Positions 24,888 through 38,738 of a stretch of 64,000 bases of DNA are shown in pieces. This DNA is from Scyliorhinus canicula. Taxonomy: Eukaryota. Below the pieces are notes generated by a model. It was not told where the DNA came from, ran no database searches, and saw only the letters and a list, made by a program, of their open reading frames with translations. Where the stretch lies: positions 124,001 to 188,000 of the forward strand of contig NW_024055500.1 of assembly GCF_902713615.1 (NCBI RefSeq), written 5' to 3'. Numbering within the stretch: position 1 is the first letter of the stretch; the number at the start of each line of letters is the position of its first letter. Position numbers and translations under genes: made by a program.

Positions 24888-26263
24888 GTGAGTACGATCT
24901 GAGGTTTCCTCCATTCTGTTTCATGTAGATTTGCATTGCTTTGCTGTAAGGAGCCAGCCAAATAGAATGTGGGCAGACAGCCGAAGGATTATGTGTAAGA
25001 AAGCGAAGGCATTAAATCATACGTCCATAAGTTAATATAAGTTCGTAAGAGAGAGCGGTAGAATGAAGCCATTTGGCCCATCGAATCTGCACCACTATTC
25101 GATAAATGCTGATCTCATTCTGATCTTAACTCCACCAACCTGCCCATTCTCCATAATCCTTTAACCAATTAGCAACTAAAAATCGGTCTAACTGCTCCTT
25201 AAATTTACTCACTATCCCAGAAACCACTGCACTTTGGGGTAGCGAATTCCACAAATATGTCTTCCTACGCCACACTTCAGTTTGAATTATTTATTTACTT
25301 TTAAAATAAATTTAGAGTACCCAATTCACTTTTTCCAATTACGGAAAAATTTAGTGTGGTCAATCCACCTGCCCTTTGCGAGAAGTAGTTTCCCTTCATC
25401 TGTGTTTTATATTTCCTACCTCTTATCCGAAGGCCTCTTGTTCTAGGATGCCCCACAAGCAGAAGGAACTGCTCCACTTTTTCTTTATCCATACCTTTTA
25501 TCATCTTGTACACCTCAATTGTTTTAAGCTCGGCAGATCTAAACTGTTCAATTTCTCTTCACAAGACAAATCTAGTGAATCTCCTCCAGGATCAACTTTA
25601 ACACGATGGACGGGGGAGGTGTGGAGTAGTGGTATTGTCACGGGAATAGTAAAGCAGCAGCAGCCCAAGGCGTGATCTGCACCCTCATTCAAATCCCACC
25701 ACGGCAAACTCTGATGTTTCAATTCAATAATAATCTAGATCTAAACGTCTGATGATTTTTACACAGAGGGTAGTGGGTGCCTGGAACTCGCTGCCGGAGG
25801 AGGTGGTGGAAGCAGGGACGATAGTGACGTTTAAGGGGCATCTTGACAAATACATGAATAGGATGAGAATAGAGGGATACGGACCCAGGAAGTGTAGAGA
25901 ATTGTAGTTTAGCTGGGCAGCATGGTCGGCACGGGCTTGGAGGGCTGAAGGGCGTGTTCCTGTGCTGTACTTTTCTTTGCTATTTGTTCTTTGATTATTA
26001 GATTGATGTCAATTGTCGTAAAACCCCATTTAATTTGCGCATGTCCCTTCCTCAGTTTGGCCTTTGAGTGACTCTCGGCCAATAATGAAGTGACTGACTT
26101 TCAATTGCGCCCTCTGCTATGGCAATAACTGCAGCAAATGAATTTTAAAAATACATATCATCAGCTCTTAATGCTCAATTAGACAAGTTGGAGCCAGGAG
26201 TATTTCTGGGCATCAACAATGTGGTCGGGTCTAAAAATGAAAAATGAAATGAAAACGGCTTAT

Positions 26264-26895
26264 TGTCACAAACAGGCTTCAAACAGACTTTAGGAAAAAA
26301 CACTTTTTCAGGTTAAGTTAGTTATTTTATTATTATATTTTTTCTTTGAAAAGCTGCAAACACTTTCTTTACAGAAAGGTAAAAAGATCTTGCTTCTGGA
26401 TGCTGCTGGTTGGTTGTAGGAACCTTCAGGCCCACCTTGACACTCAATCTTCTTTAAATTCTGGTCTTCTTGGGATGTATTCGCTGGTTAGCTCTGTTGC
26501 TGTGTCTTGTCGATCCATGTACTGAGCTATAAGGGCTAACTCTGCTAGCTATCTCTAAGCTGACTCTGACTCCTGTTTAAATTCTAGTCTTCCTTAGATG
26601 TATAGCTGTTTAAATTCGGCTGCTTGCCTGGTCTTTCCCATGACCGAGCTCTCTCTCTCTCTCTGAGTTCTCTTCCCCTTCTCTGCTGTTTTTGTTGCTG
26701 TTGCTGCTCCCTGGGTTTATATTCTCTTTCTAACAATTATTAAGTTTTTAGAGCCGTATTGTAAATTAATTTCCCTTTGATTGTTAAAAAATATCTTTGA
26801 TACATTGATAAACATTCTAATACAACTAATTATTCAATTTGGGCATGAAGTCACCTCTCAGATCTGATTACAAAATGCTTTGTGATGTTCAAAGT
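26264..26895 (-). mobile_element. Possible LTR-like or unclassified insertion (~630 bp)
   Basis: Block absent from the paralogous cassettes. Minus-strand TATA-like motif (from tttatattctc) and AATAAA-like motif near the left end. No TSD found. Confidence 0.3.
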
Positions 26896-27438
26896 TCCTT
26901 TGGTTTCGATAAGCTGAAATGAAAATTGGAATGATGTCAATTCTGGGACAAACCCAGCTTGTCCCTCAATGTCCCTTTCGGAGAGGAAATCTGCCGGCCT
27001 CATCTGGCCTGGCCTACATGTGACTCCAGACCCACGGCAAGGTGGATCTGGAATGGGTATCGGCTATAAATTCCCAGCTAGAGAGGCCAAATCCTGCAGA
27101 TGAATTATATACAGATATATATATCCATTGCAACAGGAATTTTAATAGAGGATATGAAAAATGAAATGAAATGAAAATGGCTTATTGTCACGAGTAGGCT
27201 TCAAATGAAGTGAAAAGCCCCTAGTCGCCACATTCCGGCGCCTGTTCGGGGAGGCTGGTACGGGAATTGAACCGTGCTGCTGGCCTGCCTTGAAAGCCAG
27301 CGATTTAGCCCTGTGCTAAACCAGCCCCTATATACCTGTGCACTCAAATGGGATGTCAAAATATACTCCAAAAAGAGAGGCAGTTTGTGTTACACTTCAT
27401 GTGGTGTCAGTAATTTTGTAACAGCTGGTAGCACTGTG

Positions 27439-27498
27439 TAGACTGGGGAATCCGCAAGCTTTCCTTCGGTGGTGGAACAAAGTTAACTGTGGAATTCA
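27439..27498 (+). CDS. J7: DWGIRKLSFGGGTKLTVEF
   Basis: TAATTTTGT 27411-19, 12 bp, CACTGTG 27432-38; FGGG; donor GTAAGT at 27499. Confidence 0.88.
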
Positions 27499-28725
27499 GT
27501 AAGTGTCTCAATGGTTTCAATTTGGATCCCATTATGAAATGAAAATCGCTTATTGTCACGAGTAGGCTTCAATGAAGTTACTGTGAAAAGCCCCTAGTCG
27601 CCACATTCCAGTGCCTGGCACGGGAATCGAACCGTGCTGCTGGCCTGCTTGGTCTGCTTTAAAAACCAGCGATTTAGCCTTGTGAGCTAACCATTAGAAC
27701 AAAAGATGGGAAAAGTCCTTGTTCCAATATACCTGCAAAATATATTTGTTCAGAGCATAGATAACTATAGCTTCCTTGTTTATTCAAATGTGGGAGGTGA
27801 CCATCGCTGGCTAGAGTTATATCATTTTATAGCAAGGAACGAGACCCTTCAGCCCATCATGTGAACCCCCTCTAAATGTCCTGCCCATGACCTAAAATAT
27901 ATAGCCCCTGCTTTGTAACCCGTCAACTAAAGGGAAACATTACTTCCTATCAACCCTATCCATGTACTTACTAATTTATTTATTTATTCATTTTTATAAG
28001 TTTAGAGTACCCAATTCATTTTTTTTAAATTGAGGGGCAATTTAGAGTGGCCAATTCACCTACTCTGCACATCTTTTGGGTTGTGGGGGCGAAACCCACG
28101 CAAACACGGGGAGAATGTGCAAACTCCACACGAACAGTGATCCAGAGCCAGGATCGAACCTGGGACCTCGGCGCCGTGAGGCACCAGGGCTAAACCACTG
28201 TGCCACCGTGCTGCCCTGCTTCATAATTTTGTTAACCTCCGGCCGCTCCACCCCCTCAGAATCCTCTGTGCTAAGGGGGTTAACCCGAGCCAACCCAGCC
28301 TCTGTCCATGGCTGTTTACCATCCTTAATTGCCCTTGTGAAGATGGTCATGAGTCGCTTTCTTGAATCCTTTGAAGACCATGTGCTCTAAGGACCATACT
28401 AAACTGCCTGCCAATATTTCCACTGTTCATAATGGTCATTGGCCCCTTGGGGTTAGAAGTTCTGCACAATCATAAAGTCTTTGACCACAAAAGGTGGTCA
28501 TTGGGCCCAAAGTTCCTAGTTCTGGGATCCACTAGTTATGAGATGCAGGTGAATTATTCCCTGATTTTTGAGTTGAAGTGAAAACGTGCACCTTAAGGTC
28601 TTAGCTTAGTGTGAACTGAATGCATTGAGATGCTCAAGATTTAGTGAGTGTGCTCTGCAATATATTAAATGGAGTCTGCACCTCCACTCCAATGGGAGGT
28701 TTATGTCTGTGTCAGTTGCACTGTG

Positions 28726-28781
28726 CTATTATCGAGACCCGCTGAAGTTTGGCAGCGGCACCCAAGTGACAGTTGTACCGG
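28726..28781 (+). CDS. J8: YYRDPLKFGSGTQVTVVP (paralog of J6)
   Basis: GGTTTATGT 28698-706, 12 bp, CACTGTG 28719-25; FGSG; donor GTGAGT at 28782. Confidence 0.9.
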
Positions 28782-29704
28782 GTGAGTGTGATCTGAGGTT
28801 TGTTTTATGTAGATTTTCTTTGTTTTGTTCTATGGTGCCTGAAGTATAGCAAGTGGGCAGAGAGCCAAAAGTATTTAGTGAAAGAAAATGAAGGCGTTAA
28901 ATCAGTAGGATCAGCTTTAATAAGATAGATGGGAGAGGATTTGCGTACTGCTATTATCACTGGATGAGTGTTGTAGAGACATCGGTTCAAATCCGACAGC
29001 GGAAATAATGACATTTCAATTCATCAACCATCTGAAATTAAAAGGCGATTCATGTCAATTGTGGTAAAAACCCAGCTGCTCCTTTAATGTCCTTTTTGGG
29101 AAGAATGGTAGTACAGTGGTTAGCACGATTGCTTCATGGGTCCCAGATTCGATTCGCCGCTCGGGTCACTGTCTGTGCGGAATCTGCATGTTCTCCCCGT
29201 GTCTGCGTGGGTTTCCTCCGGGTGCTCCGGTTTCCTCCCACAGTCCAAAGATGTGCAGGTTAGGTGGATTGGCCATGCCAAATAGCCCTTAGTGTCCAAA
29301 ATTGCCCTTAGTGTTGGGTGGGGTTACTGAGTTATGGGGTCATGGCGATAGGGTGGGGGTGTGGGCTTGGGTAGGTGCAGAGTCAGTGCAGACTCGATGG
29401 GCCGAATGGCCTCCTTCTGCACTGTAACCTTTGTGATTCTATAAATCTGCCGGCCGTATCTAGTCTTGCCTAAATGTGACTCCAGATCCACAGCAAAATG
29501 GCTGACTCTCCAATGTCCTCTGGAATAGGCATTGGCTATAAATGCAGGCCCAGCCAGAGAGGCCCACATCCTCCAGGTGAATTATACACGCAAATCAATC
29601 CAACTCAGCTCTCAATGCTTCATTAGACAAGTTGGTGTCAGCAGGATTTCTTGGCACCCACAATGTGATAGGGACTGAAGGGTAGAATGATATATTATTC
29701 TGTT

Positions 29705-29757
29705 GAGGTGTCGAAACTCTATTTTGGAAAGTGATCCTGAGTCTGTCTTGATTCAGC
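29705..29757 (+). pseudogene. Pseudo-J b: EVSKLYFGK*S*VCLDS
   Basis: KLYFG motif with TGA at 29732 and 29738, donor GT replaced by CT, no credible RSS. Confidence 0.55.
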
Positions 29758-30627
29758 TGAACAGAAAAATATCTTTCAAACCCTTCGTATCATAACTCAA
29801 ACAGAAATATGATGTAAGAAGGGAGGATGCTGGACACCACGGCATGTCTGGCAGGATCTGTAAGGAGAGAAAGCAGAGTTAACAAATTCAATTCTATCCG
29901 TTGAACTTCCACGTCTTTTATTTATTTCTCACGGGCTAAACATTGCCGGCAAGAGTAGAATTCTGTTGTCCATCCCCGATTACCTGGCTTGTTCAGAAGA
30001 GCAGGTGCAGACTCGATGGGCCGAGTGGCCTCCTTCTGCACTGTAAATTCTATGATAATCTATGATTAATCCCGGACAAAAGGTTGGGCACAACATCGTG
30101 GGCCGAAAGGCCTGTTCTGTGCTGTATTTTTTCGTGTTCTTTTACAGAGCTCAGTTTGAAGTCAATCCCATTACTGTGGCTCTGGAGTCCCTTATAGTCC
30201 AGGCCAGGTAGCCAGGGCAGATTTCCTTCTGGAAAGGGCATTCCGAAGCAAATAGGCCTTCACAGTCATCCAGGATTGTTGCTCAGTCACCATTACTGAG
30301 ACTATCTGACAATCCCACTATTCCTTATGGAATTAAAATTCCACTAACAGCCATGATGGGATTTGAACCCATTCCCCCAAGGCATGAGCGGGACTCTGTG
30401 GATGACCTATCCAGTGGCAGCAGTGCTATGCCATCGTCTCCCAGGAGACAGTGAGAAACAAAGATAAGGAATTTTAATGGTGGATGTACACCGTTACCTG
30501 TGCTACTGGTGGTATGCTGACCAGGCAATGCGAGCTAATCGAATGTCAAAATATACTCCAAAACAAGAGTTAGTTTGAGTTACACTTCATGTGCTGCAAG
30601 TATTTTGTAACAGCTGCTAGCACTGTG

Positions 30628-30687
30628 TAGACTGGAGAACCAACAAGCTTACCTTTGGCAGTGGAACAAAGTTAACTGTGGAGCCCC
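30628..30687 (+). CDS. J9: DWRTNKLTFGSGTKLTVEP (paralog of J7)
   Basis: GTATTTTGT 30600-08, 12 bp, CACTGTG 30621-27; FGSG; donor GTAAGT at 30688. Confidence 0.9.
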
Positions 30688-30960
30688 GTAAGTAACTTAA
30701 CGGTTTCTCTGTGGATCTGATTAGAACCAATGATGCGAAAAGTCCTTGTTCCAGTGTAGCTGCAAAATATATTTTTGAGAGCTTGAATAACCATAGCTTC
30801 CTTGTTTTATTCAAACGTGGGAGGTGCACATCACTGGCTAGAGTCATTGAATTTTACTGCAAGAAACGAGACCCTTCGGCCCATCATGTCTGTGCCGGCC
30901 CATCAATGTATTCAAATTCTATTTTGCAGCACTCCTATTCTATGAGGTTTCAAGTTTCAA

Positions 30961-31716
30961 TATTCAGTGAATGGTAAAACCCTCAAGACTATTGACAATC
31001 AGAGAGATCTAGGTGTACATGTCCACAGGTCACTAAAAGGGGCAACACAGGTGGAGAAGGTAGTCAAGAAGGCATACGGCATGCTTGCCTTCATTGGCCG
31101 GGGCGTTGAGTATAAGAATTGGCAAGTCACGTTGCAGCTGCATCGAACCTTAGTTAGGTCACACTTGGAGTACAGTGTTCAATTCTGGTCGCCACACTAC
31201 CAGAAGGATGTGGAGGCTTCAGAGAGGGTGCAGAAGAGATTTACCAGGATGTTGCCTGGTATGGAGGGCATTAGCTATGAGGAGCGGTTGAATAAACTCG
31301 ATTTTTTTCTCACTGGAAAGACGGAGTTTGAGGGGCGACCTGATAGAGGTCTACAAAATTATGAGGGGCATAGACAGAGTGGATAGTCAGAGGATTTTCC
31401 CCAGGGTAGAGGGGTCAATTACTAGGGGGCATAGGTTTAAGGTGCGAGGGGCAAGGTTTAGAGGAGATGTACGAGGCAGGTTTTTTACACAGAGGGTAGT
31501 GGGTGCCTGGAACTCGCTGCCGGAGGAGGTGGTGGAAGCAGGGACGATAGTGACATTTAAGGGGCATCTTAACAAATACATGAATAGGATGAGAATAGAG
31601 GGATACGGACCCAGGAAGTCTAGATGATTTTAGTTTAGACGGGCAGCATGGTCGGCGCAGGCTTGGAGGGCCGAAGGGCCTGTTCCTGTGCTGTACTTTT
31701 CTTTGTTCTTTGTTCA
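30961..31716 (+). mobile_element. CR1-clade LINE 3' fragment (exemplar)
   Basis: ORFs 30967-31386 and 31328-31627 (DLGVHVHRSLK..HLEYSVQFWSPHY..ERVQKRFTRMLPG; RGDLIEVYKIMRG..FFTQRVVGAWNSLP) with a (ctttgtt)n tail. Related fragments at about 10050-10470(-), 22640-22930(-), 25745-26000(+), 32527-33230(+), 40085-40520(+), 45200-45600(-), 46405-46750(+), 50360-50600(+), 51545-52045(-), 52400-53130(-), 59340-59650(+) and 59830-60180(-). Confidence 0.9.
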
Positions 31717-34164
31717 TGTTTGTCTAATTGCTCCTTCGATGTTAAGAGTCTTCCGACCTCTACCACTATTTCAGGGAGTGAATTAAATATTCCCACCACC
31801 CTCTGGGTGAAAAGGGGTCCCCTAAAACGCCCTCTAAATGTCCTGCCCATTATCTAAAATCTATATCGCCTGCTTATTAACCGGTCAACTAAAGAGAAAC
31901 GTTTCTTCCTATCTGCCCTATCTAGGTCCTTCCTAATTTTGTACATCTCGAGAAGTTCCCCACCCTCACTCCAGAGTTCAGTTTGGAGTCAATCTCATTA
32001 CTGTGGCTCTGGAGTCACTTATAGCCAAGACCAGGTAGGGATGGCAGATTTCCTTCAAGAAAGGATAACGGGCAGCAGGGTAGCATGGTGGTTGGTATAA
32101 ATGCTTCACAGCTCCAGGGTCCCAGGTTCGATTCCCGGCTGGGTCACTGTCTGTGTGGAGTCTGCACGTCCTCCCCCTGTGTGCGTGGGTTTCCTCCGGG
32201 TGCTCCGGTTTCCTCCTACAGTCCAAAGATGTGCGGGTTAGGTGGATTGGCCATGCTAAATTGCCAGTAGTGTCCTAAAAAGTAAGGCTAATGGGGGGGT
32301 TGTTGGGTTACGGGTATAGGGTGGATACGTGGGTTTGAGTAGGGAGATCATGGCTCGGCACAACATTGAGGGCCGAAGGGCCTGTTCTGGCTGTACTGTT
32401 CTATGTTCTATGTTAAAGGGCATTAGTGCAACAAATAGGTCTTCACGCCAATCCATGATTGCTGCTCGGTGACCACTTTGAGAGCAGCTTTCAATCCCAC
32501 ATTTATTTATGGACTGGAAGTTCCATCAGGAGGAACAGAGAGATCTTGGGGTTCATGTCCACAGATCTCTGAAGGTTGCCACTCAAGTGGATAGAGCCGT
32601 GAAGAAGGCCTACAGTGTGTTAGCGTTTATTAACAGGGGCTTGAGTTTAAGAGCCGCGGGGTTATGCTGCAACTCTACAAGACCTTGGTTAGACCACATT
32701 TGGAGTATTGTGTGCAGTTCTGGTCACCTCATTCTCGGCAGGATGTGGAAGCATTCGAAAGGGTAGAACGGAGATTTACCAGGATGCTGCCTGGATTGGA
32801 GGGTAGGTCTTATGAGGAAAGGTTGAGGGAGCTAGGGCTTTTCTCTTTGGAGTGAAGGAGGGTGGGAGGCGACTTAATAGAGGTTTATAAGATGGTGAGG
32901 GGGATAGATAGAGTGGACGTTCAGAGACTATTTCCTCGGGTAGATATGGCTGTTACAAGGGGGCATAACTATAAGGTTCAGGGTGGGAGATATTGGAGGG
33001 ATGTCCGAGGCAGGTTCTTTACTCAGAGAGTGGTTAGGGTGTGGAATGGACTGCCTGCTGTAATAGTGGAGTTGGACACTTTAGGAACTTTCAAGCGGTT
33101 ATTGGATAGGCACATGGAGCACACCAGAATGACAGGGAGTGGGATAGCTTGATCTTGGTTTCAGACAAAGCTCGGCACAACATCGAGGGCCGAAGGGCCT
33201 GTTCTGTGCTGTACTGTTCTATGTTCTGTGTTCCACCAGTGGCCATTGTGGAATTTAATACAAAACATGGCCCCGCGGTAGCACAGTGGTTAGCACAGTC
33301 GTTTCACAGCTCCAGGATCCCAGGTTCGATGTCTGCGCGGACTCTGCACATTCTCCCCGTGTCTGCGTGGGTTTCTCCCGGTTTCCTCCCACAGTTCAAA
33401 GATGTGCAGGTTAGGTAGATTGACCATGCTAAATTGCTCCTTAATGTCCAAAAAGAAAGGCGAGGTGGGGTCACTGAGTTACGGGGCTAGGTTGGAGGTG
33501 TGGGGCTTAAATGGAGTGCTCATTCCAAGGGCCGGTGCAGACTCGATGGGACGAATGGCCTCCTTCTGCACTGTAAATTCTATCTATCTATCCATATATC
33601 TGTGGGAGTGGAAAAGGATATAGTTGACCCCCGGGAACATTGGCTCAGGCATTCTTTTTAACCTGTGTTGAAACAGACAACGCCCATGGTGGCCATTCAG
33701 CCCCTTCTGCCTCTTTTGGGGCAGCTGAGGCCGCAACTTTGCACTGCAGGAGAAAGGGATATACACCTCGCAGTTTGCTCTGGGCTCAGTATACAAGCTG
33801 AACTCCGAATTAGTGGTCTGTTCCAGTCTGCTTTGCCCTGTTTCAGGTGAAATTCGAGTCCGCTATCGGACTGGAAGGTTTCTATCTGAGAAATTGTGCG
33901 TCAATGATGGTTTTCCTGTTCGATTGTACCAATGAGAAATTCAGGTGCGGCCAGCTGAAAGTTGTGCCCATGAATTGCGACCTCAGATGTTTTTACTTCC
34001 ACGATCTTGTTGTGGTTAGTGCTGGATAGTAGCTTGCAAGGTGGGAGCAGATTGCTAAGGGAGCACGTGGAATAAACCAGGGACTCACACTTATGAAACA
34101 TACTGTTGGTATAATAACTATCCCACTCCACCAGCCCCTGTCTTGGACCCACGGTAACCCCGAA

Positions 34165-35045
34165 TTGATAATCTTTTGATAAACAATTTTAATAAGGTAT
34201 TTTTTGGCATTGTAAACAGTTAAATTACAGAACGTGAAAACAAAAGGACTGTGCAATAAACAAAGTACACAGTACAATTGCCCTAACCCGTCCTACCCAG
34301 ATTTGACTAATTGACACCCTATACCACATTCCCCTAACCCTCCCCCCCCCCCTCTCCCCCGCCCTTCTGACGATTAATTATCCGCAAATAAGTCAATGTA
34401 TGGTTGCCACCTCCGGGCGAACCCTAACAACGACCCTCTCAAGGCGAACTTGATTTTCTCCCAAGCCCAGGAATCTGGCCATGTCTGACAGCCAGGCTTC
34501 CGACTTCGGGGGCTTTGAGTCCCTCCAAGTTGGAAGTATTCGTGTCCGGGCTACCAGGGAAGCAAAGGCCAAAACGTCGGCCTCTTTCTCCCCCCGGACT
34601 TCCGGGGCCTCTGAAAGCGCAAATCTCGCCACCTCTGGACCCATTGCCACCCTCGTGTTCAATACTCTGGACATGACGTCCGCGAACCCCTGTCAGTATC
34701 TCCTCAGTTTTGGACGTGCCCAAAACATGTGGACATGGTCTGTCGGTCCTTTCAGACACTTTACACTCCTGTCCTCCACGCTGAAGAATCTGCTCATCCG
34801 GGACACTGTAATGTGGGCGCGGTAGATGACCTTAAATCAGGCTGTGCCTGGAACAAGTTGCGGTCGCGTTGACTCTACTCAACGCGTCCGCCCACAGGCC
34901 TTCCTCAATCTCCCCTCCCAACTCCTCCTCCCATTTATGCCTCAGCTCCTCGGTCTGTGTCTTCTCCGCCCCCATGAGCTCCTTGTAAATATCCCAGACC
35001 GAATTGATACTCTTAACCTCAACCGGGATTGGCCTCAAAGGTATT
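34165..35045 (-). mobile_element. L1/Tx1-like LINE 3' fragment
   Basis: Minus-strand peptides WEEELGGEIEEGLWADALSRVNATATCSRHSLI, a Cys/His-rich HMFW-type segment and LAFASLVARTRIL..WLSDM resemble the L1 ORF2 C-terminus. A second 3' end of the same family lies at ~50945-51300 (shared ctgacgattaatt motif). Confidence 0.7.
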
Positions 35046-35744
35046 TAGTGTAATGTAGCAGATTAAAGTCCCCATTTGTGAAATGTGCCAACAGACATGG
35101 AGCTTGGAGCAAACAAGTTGGAGTTTTCCACTGCCAGCGAATCCCGGCGATTGCTGAAACTTCCTAACCTCTCACTCGAGGGTCCTTCTGTGAAGTCAGT
35201 TCCCTGGGCGGGAAATTAATCAGTGGAACCACCCTCTCCCCCCCCCCCCCCCCCCCCTCCCCCCCCCCCCCCCCCCCCCCTCCCGCCCCCCACCTCCCCC
35301 TCCTGTCGTCTCCAAAACTGAGACACACTACAAAAGGCCCTCAACAAGGCCTTTCAACAATTCCCTCTGGACCACAAAATTCAGAGAAAGTAGAGAAAAT
35401 TGGAGCAGGAGATGCACATTCGGCCCTTCCGCCTTTCATTATGATCATTGCTGATCATCCAACTCAATAACCTCTGGAAACATCTGGCAGGGAGGAACGG
35501 AAGGCGATCAGTTGCAGACTCTGTCCAATTCTCGTGCGTTTCAAATAGAGCGAGGCAAATGGAATTGAATTTAATGGGGGGGGGGGGCGGGGGTTACATT
35601 TCTTTCTGGAGATAACATGCCTTGTCCATTGAAGCAAGTTGAATGTCATTTTATACTCAAAGCTCAAACGAGGCAAACACACAGAAATAAACTATTTCTG
35701 CTCATGTGGTTGGGCCTGTTTTTGACACTGAATGCACAGATGTG

Positions 35745-35804
35745 CTAGTACAGGAACTTGGAAACTCAGCTTTGGCAGAGGCACCAAAGTCACTGTTCTA
35801 CCCA
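35745..35804 (+). CDS. J10: STGTWKLSFGRGTKVTVLP
   Basis: TGTTTTTGA 35717-25, 12 bp, AGATGTG 35738-44 (variant heptamer that keeps the terminal GTG); FGRG; donor GTAAGT at 35805. Confidence 0.85.
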
Positions 35805-36397
35805 GTAAGTCATTTGAAGTTGTCAGTTAGAATCTGGTTGGAGGGGCAGCACGGTGGCCTAGTGGTTAGCACAACCGCCTCACGGCGCTGAGGTCCCAGG
35901 TTCGATCCCGGCTCTGGGTCACTGTCCGTGTGGAGTTTGCACATTCTCCCCGTGTCTGCGTGGGTTTCGCCCCCACAACCCAAAAATGTGCAGAGTAGGT
36001 GGATTGGCCACAAGGGGCTAAATTGCCCCTTAATTGGAAAAAATAATTGGGTAATTTAAATTTAAAAAAAAAAAAGAATCTGGTTGGAGCATAAGTAACG
36101 GAGGCGTCCTTGCTTTGTTTTCTGTGTGATGTGGATATAGGTGGCTGGGACAGAATGTTTTGGCCATCCCTAGTTGGCCTTGAGAAAGGAGTAGCAAGCC
36201 CCTTTCTTGAACCCTCTGAAGTCCATTTGCTCTCGGTGCTATTTAAAGCTGCCTGTAAAACATGTCCATTGTTCAGAGATGGCCAATGGCAAATTGGGGT
36301 TAGAAGTTCTGCACGTGCATAATGTTTTACCATGTACGAAGTGGCTTCGGCATATTCAGCCCAATGTAAGTTTTACGCTTGTGCTCTAAGCACTGTG

Positions 36398-36463
36398 CAA
36401 ATTACTATGACCGTACTTTAAAGCTCACGTTTGGCAGAGGAAGCCGAGTTGCAGTTCTGCCAA
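36398..36463 (+). CDS. J11: NYYDRTLKLTFGRGSRVAVLP (flanks paralogous to J6/J8)
   Basis: CACTGTG 36391-97 with weak nonamer (GTTTTACGC 36370-78); FGRG; donor GTGAGT at 36464. Confidence 0.85.
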
Positions 36464-36700
36464 GTGAGTACTGAGGTTTCCTTCATTCTATTTCCTGTAG
36501 ATTTCTGTTTTATCTCGACGGGGTCTGACAAATTGTAAGTGAGCAGAGAGCAAAGTTTCTGAGAAATAATAGGGAAGGCGTTTCATTTGAAGGATGAGCT
36601 TTAAGTAGATAGACATCTAACTCTAAATGCATAAGTAGACACAGTGTATCTGGAGGTGAAGCTTTGGGATTCAGCAATGGGACAGGCTCTGAAGGGCACG

Positions 36701-36762
36701 ATGATATGAAGATGTGAAACTCCCTTTTGGAAATCGGCCCCGATTCACTGTTGATTGAGCCG
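36701..36762 (+). pseudogene. Pseudo-J c: EDVKLPFGNRPRFTVD*
   Basis: KLPFG motif, second Gly replaced by CGG, TGA at 36756, no credible RSS. Confidence 0.5.
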
Positions 36763-36879
36763 TACATAAACGTACCTTCAGATTCACCACATTTGCCTCT
36801 TTTAAATCTAACAGCACTATGTTGCACATCACGTCTCAAGTTGCAGAATTCATTTTATAACTGCCCTGCACACCCTTTA

Positions 36880-37135
36880 CTCATTCACAGGCACACACAC
36901 ACAAACAGGATCATACACATGCACATAGACGCAAACACACACACAAAAGTACACATGCAGGCATACATATACACACACACAGCCTCAAGCAAACAAACGC
37001 ACGCAGAAAACACACATGCAGGCATGTACATGCACTCAGATGCAGTCAGAAACACACAGAAAGACACGCACACAAGTGCGTTAATATAAAGCAAACACAC
37101 ACCTATGCAAAAGACCTATAATGTGTGAAACGCAC
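36880..37135. repeat. CA/TG-rich degenerate microsatellite
   Basis: Read directly; a short similar tract lies at 38870-38910. Confidence 0.8.
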
Positions 37136-38738
37136 ATATCGGGGCTGGTTTAGCAGAGGGTTAAAGAGCTGGCTTTTAAAGCAGACCAAGGCAGGCCAGC
37201 AGCACGGTTCAATTCCCGTAGCAGCCTCCCCGAACAGGCGCCGGAATGGGGCGACTAGGGGCTTTTCACAGTAACTTCATTTGAAGCCTACTTGTGACAA
37301 TAAGCGATTTTCATTTCATATTGTTATCGAAATCCTCTCGACGTCAAATACTTCCCGAGCAGTTGGTTACCTCGATGTGCAAATGGAGAACTTTAATGGG
37401 GGAGTTTTTTTTTAAAATTTAGAGTACCCAATTATTTTTTCCAATTAAGGGGCAATTTAGCGTGGCCAATCCACCTACTCTGCACATTTTCTTTTGGGTT
37501 GTGGGGGCGAAACCCACGCAGACACGGGGAGAATGTGCAAACTCCACACGGACAGTGACCCAGAGCCGGGATCGAACCTGGGACCTCAGCGCCATGAGGC
37601 GGTTGTGCTAACCACTAGGCCACCGTGCTGCCCCTAATGGGGGAGTTTAACTTCCACCAGCTAGCTGTGATAGGATTTCAATCTTGTAGGACTCATTTTA
37701 GCGTTAACTAAATATATGCAGAGGTACCCCAGAATTAGGTTAAAATGGCTTTTTTTTTAATTTACAGTGCCCAATTCATTTTTTTCCAATTTAAGGGGCA
37801 ATTCAGCATGTTCAATTCACTTACCTTGCACATCTTTGGGTTGTGGGGGCGAAACCCACGCCAACACGGGGAGAATGTGCAAACTCCACACGGACAGTGA
37901 CCCAGAGCCGGGATCGAACCTGGGACCTCAGCGCCGTGAGACAGCAATGCTAACCACTGCGCCACCCTGCTGCCCTAAAATGGCATTTTAATGCCATTCG
38001 AGTGGCATCCTCCCCGCGTGCCCATCTGCTCACAGTAGCCAAAATCCAAGAGAATTAATGTGATAGAGGAGTTATATTGATTTTAGGAGTGGGGTCAGGC
38101 TATGCAATCAATCAGAATTCGCAGAACGCACACAAGGCAGCACAACAACGCCTGTCGATATATTCACGAGGTGGCTGGACATAGCACTTGGGGAGAATGG
38201 GATCAAAGGCTATGAGGAGAAAGCAGGATTAGGCTATTGAGTTGGATGATCAGCCATGATCGCAATGAATGGCGGAGCAGGCTCGAAGGGATAAAAGGCT
38301 GCCTCCTATCTTCTATGCATCTATGTATGTAACAATAATAGAATAGAATAGAATAGAATAGAACAGTACAGCACAGAACAGGCCCTTCGGCCCTCGATGT
38401 TGTGCCGAGCAATGATCACCCTACTTAAACCCACGTAACCCGTATACCCGACAATCCCCCCATTAACCTTACACTACGGGCAATTTAGCGTGGCCAATCC
38501 ACCTAATAAGAGTTTGCATTTCAGCCGATATTGTCGGATTCACACTTATTTTTTTATTTTTTATAAATTTAGAGTACCCAATTCATTTTTTCCAATTAAG
38601 GGGCAATTTCGTATGGCCAATCCACCTATCCAGCACATCTTTGGGTTGTGGGGGCGAAACCCACGCAAACACGGGGAGAATGTGCAAACTCCACACGGAC
38701 AATGGGATTTACACTCATAAGATCTGGGTAGCGTTCTG

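Noticed and set aside
35236-35300. Poly-C/G tracts (also ~15150, 48694 and 51232) as functional G-quadruplex or switch-like elements
   Set aside because: They are short homopolymers, in several cases next to LINE 3' regions, and error-prone in assembly. There is no repeated switch-region structure.
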